DNA of 64,000 nt, taken from assembly GCA_051362555.1 (NCBI GenBank), contig CM120640.1:20894001-20958000 (forward strand), written 5' to 3'. Below, one piece after another: positions 25,986 to 35,611 of this stretch; within the stretch, counting starts at the first letter, position 1, and each line of letters begins with the position of its first letter. The notes below the pieces were generated by a model. That model saw nothing but the letters and a program-made list of their open reading frames with translations, ran no database searches and was not told where the DNA came from. Origin of the DNA: Lingula anatina. Lineage: Eukaryota; Animalia; Brachiopoda. Position numbers and translations under genes: made by a program.

Positions 25986-26581
25986 CAGGCCCGTAGCCAG
26001 CAATTTCAAAAGGGGGTTCTTTTTCTGAAAAAGTGGACCTTTTCCCATAAAAGCTTCATGTATCTAGATCAAATTTTACCCAGAGTGGACAGGGCCGTAG
26101 CCTGAGCAAAATGCCAGGGGGGGGGGGCAGTAAGCGGACACGAGGGGGCGAAGCCCCCGAGGGGGGAGGGGGTGGCAGGGGGTGTCCCCCTCCCACGGTG
26201 TGGAAAATTTTTAAAAACTGTATGTATAATACTGCATTCCAGTGCATTTTAACTGTTATTTATTGGTCAATCAGAAGTCAGAAATTGTGGGTTCATTTTC
26301 CCATAAGTACAGTCATTTTTTCAACACAACACGCCAATTGGCCTGGGGGATAGCTTCCTCAGGGAGGGTGAGCTTTTTGGCATGAACTGAGTTGGCTAAA
26401 AACAATACACCTTTGTAAACAGATTGTTGAATGATTGTCTAGTGGCCATAAGTGCCTTTTCTCACAGAATTGATACCAACTTTGCAATTATTTTTTTTAC
26501 CTTTGCGATTATTTTTTTTGCACCCCAATTTCCAGGGGGGGGCTGCCCCCCACCCCCACCCCCACCCCGGCTACGGGCCTG
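25986..26581. mobile_element. Composite of two CAGG(C/G)CCGTAGCC MITEs
   Basis: Left part of the short family (25986 to ~26089) joined to a longer element ending ggctacgggcctg; absent from the paralogous site at ~21520; catata duplicated. Confidence 0.85.
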
Positions 26582-26928
26582 CATATATCACAGGCCAGAT
26601 CCCAATCTAGTCCAGTTACTGGACTGGGCCATTTTTATGATTGGGATATGATCTAGGCCATAGGGTCATTGCATTGTTAAATATTATGAGCATGTTAATT
26701 GGCCTAATAATTTACAGGTGAGCAGCCTTTTTGTTTGTATTTAAAAATAAAACTACTGTGAAATGATCAACGTCAATTGTTAAGGATTGAACTATTGTTT
26801 TGAATATTATTCGAAACATAAATATTATAATTTCAAAATAATGTTAAATTAGCATAAGCTCAAAAAGCTTTTAAGGAAGTTTGCTTCTTTATTTTTAAAT
26901 TTCATTCATTTTAAGGAGTCTCCTAAAG

Positions 26929-28089
26929 ATGGGCGCAGAACACCTTCAACCAAACATGCGCGTAGCAAGTGGCATGTTTTTTATACTTTTTACCATAACA
27001 GCGTACTGCGTTTATTTGGATTTCAATGGACCGAGAGTGAAACTTGACAATGTGTGGATGACACGTAATTCCAATCGACACATAGCAAGTGGTCGTTTTC
27101 GACGGTTGCAGATATGTAGTTTAGATTTTCTACAGCAATACTTGATAAAAAACAAAAGGTTTCTCGGAAACGGAAAATGGGTAAACGAAACATGGCTGCC
27201 CAAAGAGTGCATTTTTCCAAAATTACTGAGCGATGCTCAGCTTGGTTCATGTTTAAAAAGGAAAAAGATAAGGAAGATAGGACAGACTGGTGATTCTCAA
27301 TCGATGAAATATATGGCGGCTATGAAACGGGGTGAAGGGATTTTTAAGTGCAAGGAACTTAAAAGTGAATCTAGAAGTATAAGAACACCCACTCTGAGTT
27401 ATTTTAGCCCTCCTTTGGATATTAAATCTATCAGAGTGGCAAAGAGAGACTGTGGTGGGTGTGCTGGAGAGCTGGTTCGATGCACAGCACCAAATCTCAA
27501 CGTCACTACAGACATCGAAGTGTTAATAACCGAATTCACAAAGGACCACGAAATAACCACAAAAAGAAACTTCTGGAAGGGTGATTGTGATATCAGGCTG
27601 AAGAATATTAGCCAGATTTATTGCCAAGAGTCTGTGACAACGCAAGAAGTATATTTCCGCGAGTATTGGCCGCTGTCAGGTTATCCAGATGTTATTAACA
27701 TATACGCTGTACATGTACACGAGGCACAGAAACGTACGCCCCGTGATTTTGCCCGTGATTTTACTTGGTTCATTGACCTCATTGTCTCTGTTATACCAAA
27801 AACAACTAAAATATTATATTGGAATTCACCGCATATCGATCCTTCAAAGCAACCAGTCAAATGGAGGGATGTTAAGAGCAACGAATTCATCAAGCAGCTA
27901 AATGTAATCAGCGCATCTGTGATTAGGAAATGTATTGTTGAAAAAAATGCAACTAATTTATACCCCATGTATGACTTGTTTGAAATTTCCAAAGACGTAT
28001 TGCACTGGAATGGGGACGGTGTTCACTTTTACGCCTTATGGTACCAGAAAGTCATGTCATTGTTCTGGGCCACGTTGTGTCAAGATTGA
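26929..28089 (+). CDS. SGNH/PC-esterase-like type II membrane protein, paralog 4 (386 aa)
   Basis: Intact ORF with TM anchor, GDSQ and DGVH. Confidence 0.88.
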   Translation: MGAEHLQPNMRVASGMFFILFTITAYCVYLDFNGPRVKLDNVWMTRNSNRHIASGRFRRLQICSLDFLQQYLIKNKRFLGNGKWVNETWLPKECIFPKLLSDAQLGSCLKRKKIRKIGQTGDSQSMKYMAAMKRGEGIFKCKELKSESRSIRTPTLSYFSPPLDIKSIRVAKRDCGGCAGELVRCTAPNLNVTTDIEVLITEFTKDHEITTKRNFWKGDCDIRLKNISQIYCQESVTTQEVYFREYWPLSGYPDVINIYAVHVHEAQKRTPRDFARDFTWFIDLIVSVIPKTTKILYWNSPHIDPSKQPVKWRDVKSNEFIKQLNVISASVIRKCIVEKNATNLYPMYDLFEISKDVLHWNGDGVHFYALWYQKVMSLFWATLCQD

Positions 28090-28995
28090 TAATTCCTAGA
28101 CATCACACAGGAAAATCAATCTTACTTATTAAAATGCCGAATTTTTTTCTTGATTTGCATTCACGAAAATGTGCCGTCACATAACTGCTTTCTTAATTTC
28201 AATTATGGAGATTAGAGATTGCAGTAAACAATATTCAATAAGGAATAAACACCAGAGGCAAAACCAGATCAACTCTTTGTATGCTATATACCATCCTGAA
28301 CACTGTGTATTAAAATGTTGTCATGGGACGAAGCTTGTTTCGAAAGGAACCGACCGACATGCCGGTCATATATTTAAACCGCGAGCTTTTACAAGTAGAC
28401 TGCTTCAGTTACCGTTTAAACGAACGCCATTTAAAAATGCAAAACTTCTCCCGAATTTCCTCGCTCCTTGCCGTGCCTGCTTATCCATAATACTTTCGAA
28501 ATTTTTCGTCTTTTGCCAAGTTTTGGTAGCTGTGTGAACTTAAAAGCAATAGAAAATAAAGAAAAACTGCGACCACCTTGAACAAATATCAGAAAACATA
28601 AAACAGGGGTGCCACTGAATGAGATTTTCGTGCTAATTGCCGACCGGCCGCCATACGCAACGAGTAAAAGAAGAGTAGTTTAGGTTACAGTTTGAAGGGC
28701 AATAATTTGATTTTTTTAATTTAAGAAAAAATAAATAAATATTTAGTGGAACTTTACAAAGAAATCTCAACAACATTTTCAAAATATCCCAGTAACATGG
28801 AAAGTTAGGCTAACAACGTGTTGCTGTTCATGGAAATTGTGTTGAGTATTTAGTTGTCTTTTAGTCCCACAACAATACATATCTAAATGAGGGGGATCTA
28901 CTTTATATAGTTTACATCTGAAAGCAACCTTATATTAAATTTTTGAACGACCCAATGATAGACAGACATATAGGTGGAGAGATGTGGACGTAGAT

Positions 28996-29916
28996 CACCC
29001 AAACCAAATATAGAGGTGCATTTCACATGCTGAAGTGTCACAAAATAAAATGGAATGAATTTAAAGTTGTATTCAATTTTATAAAACATATGTGTATAGA
29101 ACAAAAAAATCCACGACTATCTCAATTTTAATTGAATTTATAATATTTACCATGTCTTTACATTTTGTAAAGAGCCCTAAATGGCAACGGATGTTCCGGT
29201 AACGTAAGTTCCGGGTCATTCAATTCGAATTTTGATACTGTGCTCCGACATATTTTGTAGTGATTCAGTCATGGTAAATTATACATGACTTAAGGATTTT
29301 TTATGAATATTTAAACTGTAACTCAAAGGCTTTGCGTTATGGCTAATAATACGTAACGTATGTTCCCCAGAAAAATTGTGAGAAAGTTTAATTTTGTCCA
29401 AGTACTTGGTGCTAGAAAACATAATTTTCTGTTGCTGACCGAAAAACATATTGTGATTCCATCTTAGTTAACAGTTCTGATATAATATTTGGATAACGAG
29501 TGGGAAAATAGTTTATTTAATGCTTTTTTTACTGTCGGTAGGGTGTATTTTCCCCATCTTTTTAATGTACAGTGACAAGCTAAAGTCGCTATAAAACAAT
29601 TAACTGCTCTATACATGATAATTTTATCATAATTTTTACAACGTTATACAACGAGATAAATCAAAGTACAAAAACCAGTGATGACTGAATTCTCAAAGTA
29701 TAACATTTCCACAGCTGGACATTTTGCATTTGTGACAGTAACGTGTGTTCCTTTTCGGGGTTAGACAATTAATTATTTTTTTATGATTCATGGTTCCAGG
29801 AGAGCGAAAATTTGTGTGGCAACCTGAAATAATCAAACATAGATTGCAATCTGTGCACTTAATATCTTTAAGGGCATGTCTGTGACCTTTTTGCACCTCT
29901 ATATTGGGTTTGGGTG
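28996..29916. mobile_element. Non-autonomous TIR DNA transposon, short derivative of the 31514-41032 family
   Basis: 25-bp TIR CACCCAAACC(C/A)AATATAGAGGTGCA; flanked by AGAT; repeated internal GTAACGTATGTTCC-like motifs. Confidence 0.88.
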
Positions 29917-30146
29917 AGATACATGTAAGAGTGAATCTTTTTTATCCACTCGACATGAAATGCATTTACGTCTGCAAGCAACTTTCTATTAATCTTATGA
30001 ACCACAAAATGATAGACAGACATAGATGAATGTGGACGTGGATACATGTACGAATATATCTATATATGGGATACACGCATTCAAGTAAAGTATTTTAAGA
30101 TAAACCTGCTAGCCTGATGAAGTTGGAGCTGTGAGAACAGCACTTA

Positions 30147-30291
30147 TGTAAGAATCTGAAAGATTTCCTGCTACCCTTCCTTTTCTTTAAATATTTTTGT
30201 CCTTTCACTATGAAGACAAATTCTTCATAGTGAAAGGACAAAAATATTTAAAGAAAAGGAAGGGTAGCAGGAAATCTTTCAGATTCTTACA
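30147..30291. repeat. Perfect inverted repeat, 70-bp arms and 5-nt loop
   Basis: 30147-30216 is the exact reverse complement of 30222-30291. Confidence 0.95.
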
Positions 30292-30325
30292 GGAGTGGTA
30301 AATAATACATAATAAGGTATATTAA

Positions 30326-30654
30326 TGATATATACGCTGCACATATGCGCTTGATTTAGCTTGGTTCATTGACCGAGTCGTTCCTGTGACACTAAAAACA
30401 ACTAAGATATAATATTAAAATTTACCGCAGGTCGATCATTCAAAGCTTTATTCTGTGAGCAATATAATACAAGCAGTTGAATGCAGTCAGCGCATCTGTG
30501 ATTAGGAAATTTAAAAAATGCTTATATACTCCAAGTTTGATTTGTTTGACGTTTTGCAGCACTGGCATGGTGATGATGTTCATTTCAAACCCATATGGTA
30601 CATGTACCAAATGGTCATATATATCGTTATTTGGAACTTGCTGTGCCAAGATTA
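30326..30654 (+). pseudogene. Decayed 3' remnant of a fifth SGNH paralog
   Basis: cttggttcattgacc, aaaacaactaa, caagcagttgaatgca.tcagcgcatctgtgattaggaaa and tgtgccaagatt match the paralog 3' half, with stops and deletions. Confidence 0.85.
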
Positions 30655-32675
30655 ATTATACCTACAACAAAGCGGCAATATTCGTTTTACTACACTTTCA
30701 TAATTTTTAATATAGGGGGTCTATATGTTTTTTTAGATTTGGATCGCAATTAGATTGTGTGTACATGTATCTACAGTGTTCATGTACTAGTGTGTATGTA
30801 GTAAAGGCATTAACGGTGTTTGGATTTACTTCGCAATTACATTTAAGGAAATGCTAATTTACACGAATCCTAGCCTATTTCACAGACAGTAAGAGTTGAC
30901 TCGTTCTGCACACGGATAGATACATGGTTCTAGTGGACAACCAGAACTTAGGCCTACATGTATATTACATTTACCATGCGATGTCCGTATAGATGTGTCT
31001 CTTTGGGGGGAGGTGCGGAGGGAGACAGTGGCCATGCGAAATCGCACGAACCCGTTCGGATTGACAGCCTCCGTACCCTCTACGATTTTGCCAAGCTAAA
31101 GTTTTTGACACATTTCTAAAATCACAGGCCTGTAGGTCATAGCAATATTGTAGATGGCATTGCACAGTTCCCGTACGGACTATGTTCGGTAGACTTGGGG
31201 CGATAGTGTTAATGGTTGGACCTGTTGTTGGTCACTTTCCCTTCCACCTTTGGTGGTTGTAGGAGGCATATTATTTTAAAGTTAGTATAATTAAATTGCA
31301 TGAATTTGGAATTGTGCTTATTCCTTATTCTGACCACATGGACAAAAATCGATGGGGCTGCACCGACAACGTACCGTACATGTAGCGCCTATATACATGT
31401 ATCTTAAGCCTCGGTCACAACCGGCCGTACGGGCTCTTACGGGCTGTTTGCGTCCAAATTTTGCGCAGAATCTCACGTCCCACGCAAGTCCTTCTTAAGC
31501 CTGGGTGCCAACTCACCCAAACCCAATATAGAGGTGCATTTCACAAGTTTGAGTCTCAAAAAATGAAATTGAATGAATTCGATGTATTATCCAATTTTTT
31601 AAAACTTACATGTGTATAGAACAAAAATCCACAAATGTCCCAATTTTACGCCCACGCGTTTCTGTTTTATTAGCAAATAAATTGATACCCGTTTTTAGTG
31701 AAAAAAGCGTAAGAAAGGACATACGTTACCACTGAATCGCCTGATACAAACACAATCATTAGTTGAGCGCTGTGGAAATTTGTGCAAGCTAAACACTATC
31801 AGAACCCTATGAGTCATTAATAATGGAAAAGTGATAGGAAAATACTTTTAAATTGACCAGATCTAGGAAAATTACTTTCAAACTAAAGATAATTTTTCTT
31901 TACAGTGTCCACGTTGATGACTCTTTCAATAGCAGTAATTGTCAATTGTATAGAGAATTGAAAACTTTGTTACCTAAAAGTTATCTACCACTGGTCATAT
32001 TCGTCGTGAATTTAAAACTCATTGACAGTTTCAAATTTTGGGTGTATTAGTTACAATACCAACTACGCCTGGCAATCTACGCATGCCGTAATGTAACGTA
32101 TGTTCCACAGCCATAGAAAAGATACGGGAAACGAGTTTAATAAATATTGATAAGATATTTTTTCGCTTTTTTTTCGTAGAATTTATTGAGGTGTTTAAAA
32201 GTAACTCAGACATCAAAAGTGATAACCTATTACACAAACACGATCCGCGTATCAAATGTCTTAATCATTTGCATGTAAAGAAATTTAAAGATTAAACGAG
32301 ACTTACCTGTAAGTTGAAGTTTGATTGGAATTTAACTCTCATCTGGATCATTTGAGGGATTATACGAGATATGCGTGCGCCTGCGTGGTACTCAATCTTT
32401 AAAGTTGAGTGTTCACGGCAACAAAGGAAGAAGGGTGGGTGTTAACTGAAAATAAGGGTGGGCGTATAATCCCTCAAATGATCCAGATGAGAGTTAAATT
32501 CCAATCAAACTTCAACTTACAGGTAAGTCTCGTTTAATCTTTAAATTTAACTCTCATCTGATCATTCGGGATTCTACGAGATTTCAAAGCTGTCGTGAAC
32601 ACGAACAAAGAACTGTTGAAACAAGTTTTTTTTTTTTTTTTAATGCAACTCAAACAATATTCTCATGAATCATAA

Positions 32676-33866
32676 TCACAGTTTTTCAAGCACTGAAAAA
32701 GCAAAACTAGTATTCTGTGATACTGTTGGTTTGTTATAAAACCTAGAAAAGGTATTGTTGTTACTCCAACCAGCTGTACGTAAAATGGTACTGAGTGGAA
32801 TATTGGCAGCAAAAGCTTTACTAGTAGAAGCTGCACGTGTGCTATGTGCTTTAAACACACTTGTATCCACTCCAGCCTTTAACATGACTGTCTTTATCCA
32901 TCTAGCAATCGTATCCTTTTTTACAGGATTAAAAGGTCTGTTGTAACTAAGAAAAAGTTGTGAAACACCACTACTTCTATATTTGCTAGTTCTAATTAAA
33001 TATTCATGTAACACATTCAACACACAGAGTCTGCTGTTCTCTGGGAAACTAGGTAAGTTTATGATTGGCTGATCTTTTGTTGGCCTAGACTGTTTAACTA
33101 ATGCATCAATTAAAAAAGCCACTCCTGTGTCAGTTTTTAACACTGTTTTAAGGTTCATGAGATGAATTGATTGACATCTTTGTCCTGATATCAGTGCCAC
33201 CAGCATAACTAGTTTGAGTGTTAGATCTTTGTCTGAAAGTTCTGAAACTGGTGATAATTTCTCTAGGTATGCTAATACAATATTTGTATCCCATGTGGTT
33301 TGGTATCTGGGAAAAGAAGGTCTGCTGTGAAATACACCTTTGATGAAACGCTTGATGAGCTGGTTAGATCCAAGTGTTGAGGAATCTTTCAGTTGCACAA
33401 AAGCTGATAAAGCAGATCTTGCAGTGCAAATGGCACTGTAATTAAGACCAGCTTCAAACAGTTCAGTGAGAAATCCTAATATTTGTGGCACACTTGGCTG
33501 AAAGGGATCATAATTGAGTTTAGTGCAGTAATTAATCCATTTTTTGATGTAGGTGTTGTACTGTTTTCGTGTGCCAGTCCGCCAAGATTGCATAATAATG
33601 TCTTGAGTTTTGCCTGAAATACCCTTTTCTTGTAAGCTTTTCCCGATAACAAACATGCCATCAGCCTCATCTTGTCTGACAGTGGGTGCACCTCCCCTTT
33701 TTTGTGCGGAAGGCTCAGGATTTTGTGTGTTGGCGGCAACAGCACTGGTTCTCTGTAGAGCATCTGAAGGAGGACTGGGAACCATGGCTGTGTGGCCCAC
33801 AGTGGAGCTATCAGCAAGATGTCGGCCTGGTCTGTCTGCAGCTTCTGAAGGACCTGATTCAGCATA
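32676..33866 (-). CDS. DIRS tyrosine recombinase
   Basis: SWR..T.KQY, RSALS, SGQRCQ (catalytic R), HSTR and AGWS...F.RFY; overlaps the RT ORF; true start uncertain. Confidence 0.93.
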   Translation of the reverse strand, partial: YAESGPSEAADRPGRHLADSSTVGHTAMVPSPPSDALQRTSAVAANTQNPEPSAQKRGGAPTVRQDEADGMFVIGKSLQEKGISGKTQDIIMQSWRTGTRKQYNTYIKKWINYCTKLNYDPFQPSVPQILGFLTELFEAGLNYSAICTARSALSAFVQLKDSSTLGSNQLIKRFIKGVFHSRPSFPRYQTTWDTNIVLAYLEKLSPVSELSDKDLTLKLVMLVALISGQRCQSIHLMNLKTVLKTDTGVAFLIDALVKQSRPTKDQPIINLPSFPENSRLCVLNVLHEYLIRTSKYRSSGVSQLFLSYNRPFNPVKKDTIARWIKTVMLKAGVDTSVFKAHSTRAASTSKAFAANIPLSTILRTAGWSNNNTFSRFYNKPTVSQNTSFAFSVLEKL

Positions 33867-35611
33867 CTGAAAGGAGGAAATGCATAGTTTAAGTTTACAG
33901 ACCAAGACTGCTGAAAAGCATCTATTGCAAGTGCATGGGGGTCTGGTTTCCAGGCATAATAAAGTTCTGTCTTATGATTCAACCTGGAGGCAAACAGGTC
34001 AACAGAAGGTCTCCCAAGGAATGCAGCTAAATGCTCAAAAATAGAGGGGGATAAAGACCATTCTGTCCTATCATTAAAATATCTGCCATGTTTGTCTGCC
34101 ACAACATTAAGGACACCTGGGATGTGAGTTGCTGAGAGCCAAATGTTGTGTTTAATTGCCCACTTCCAGATAGAAAGGGTGATCTCATTACATTCACTAG
34201 AATGGGTGCCTCCCATATTTCTTATGTATGCAACAGCAGTAGTATTATCCATCTGTAACTGTACATGTTTTCCACAAATGTCCTTTTGAAAAGACCGTAA
34301 CCCAAGCTGGGCCGCCCTAAGTTCCAAAAAATTGATATGTTTAGTCATTTCACATTTCTGCCATCTACCCCCTGTTGTGGACTCTTGTAACACTGCACCC
34401 CATCCCATTTTTGATGCATCTGTCTGAATAATACAGTCAGGATTGGGACGTCTTAGATTTTTTGCCAAGTTGATGTTATCTATCCACCATACTATGTCTG
34501 TGATTGCCTTGTTACTAAAAATCATATGTGCATCAAAATTACCCCTGTTTTTCTTAAGGGCTAGAATTTTATCCATTTCCAAGGACCTGTAGTGTAGTTC
34601 CCCATATTGTACCCCAGGTAAAGCTGAAACTAGGGAACCTATCAACTGTGCACCTTGCCTAATTGTGCATTTAGGCTTTTTCATTCTGTCCATTAATTTT
34701 GAAACAATGTTAGCCCTTCTCTCTGAAGTGAGCATAACTGTCATTGACCTAGAGTTCAAGGTAAAGCCCAAGTGGTCCATAATTTGAACAGGAACTAGTG
34801 TGGACTTTTGTTCATGAATAACAAAACCCAATTTCGATAGTAATTGCACAGTTTCTCTAACATTCTCCTCACAAGCTTCCTTAGTTTCACCTTGTAAATA
34901 AAGGTCATCCAAGTAAATGCTGGAAATGTATGCTTTTGACCTTAATTGTGCCAAAACTGGTTTAAGAAGCTTAGTCCAGATTCTGGGTGCAGAGGCCAGT
35001 CCATTTGGAAGTGCAACATATGAAAAAAGACTGCCTTTCCATCTAAATTTAAGGTATTTCTGAAATTCTGGAGCTACAGGGACAGAGTAGTAAGCATGCT
35101 TCAGATCCAGTGAAGCTAAGTAACAATTTGGAGTCATAAGATTTAGACAAGTTTGCACCGTGTCCATTTTAAAATGATGGTATTTTATACAAGAGTTCAA
35201 TTTTCTCAAGTTAAGAATCATCCTATGGGTGCCATCCTTTTTTGGCCTGAGAAAAATGGGAGAAACAAACTGTCCTGGTTCCTCATTAGAGGATATGATG
35301 ACACCTTTGTCAAGCAATTTTTTAATTTCTGAATCCACAATAAGCTGTTCTGCTGAACTAAAGTTTAAGCTGTTAGGCTCAAAATCTTGTACAGGTTGTT
35401 CTGTAAAGTCTAACTTGACCCCTACAACATAAGAGAGTATCACTGGATCTGAAGTCAACTTCTGCCATTCAAGAAGAGACTGTTTTATATTACCAGCAAC
35501 AAAAGGTTGACTTACATGAGTATTTCCTAATACTCTTTCTTCTGGAACTTTTTCCCTGTCCAGTTTTTCCTGTTGTTCTGTTGACTTCTCTGGTTCTTCC
35601 CTCCTAAAAAA
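33476..35611 (-). CDS. DIRS RT, RNase H and methyltransferase-like ORF (no ATG at its 5' end)
   Basis: RMILNL, LDLKHAY, LPNGLASAP and YLDD; TDAS, HINFLEL, DN, HIPG..N..AD; DLFAS and YAFPPF. The frame stays open upstream into the 3' end of gag. Confidence 0.93.
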   Translation of the reverse strand, partial: FFRREEPEKSTEQQEKLDREKVPEERVLGNTHVSQPFVAGNIKQSLLEWQKLTSDPVILSYVVGVKLDFTEQPVQDFEPNSLNFSSAEQLIVDSEIKKLLDKGVIISSNEEPGQFVSPIFLRPKKDGTHRMILNLRKLNSCIKYHHFKMDTVQTCLNLMTPNCYLASLDLKHAYYSVPVAPEFQKYLKFRWKGSLFSYVALPNGLASAPRIWTKLLKPVLAQLRSKAYISSIYLDDLYLQGETKEACEENVRETVQLLSKLGFVIHEQKSTLVPVQIMDHLGFTLNSRSMTVMLTSERRANIVSKLMDRMKKPKCTIRQGAQLIGSLVSALPGVQYGELHYRSLEMDKILALKKNRGNFDAHMIFSNKAITDIVWWIDNINLAKNLRRPNPDCIIQTDASKMGWGAVLQESTTGGRWQKCEMTKHINFLELRAAQLGLRSFQKDICGKHVQLQMDNTTAVAYIRNMGGTHSSECNEITLSIWKWAIKHNIWLSATHIPGVLNVVADKHGRYFNDRTEWSLSPSIFEHLAAFLGRPSVDLFASRLNHKTELYYAWKPDPHALAIDAFQQSWSVNLNYAFPPFSMLNQVLQKLQTDQADILLIAPLWATQPWFPVLLQMLYREPVLLPPTHKILSLPHKKGEVHPLSDKMRLMACLLSGKAYKKRVFQAKLKTLLCNLGGLAHENSTTPTSKNGLITALNSIMIPFSQVCHKY

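Larger units (their letters stand above)
18899..26928 (+). repeat. Recent tandem segmental duplication: spacer 18902-21867 is repeated as 23032-26928
   Basis: Near-identical non-coding sequence including the (ATT)n tract; the second copy has extra MITE insertions. Confidence 0.95.
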
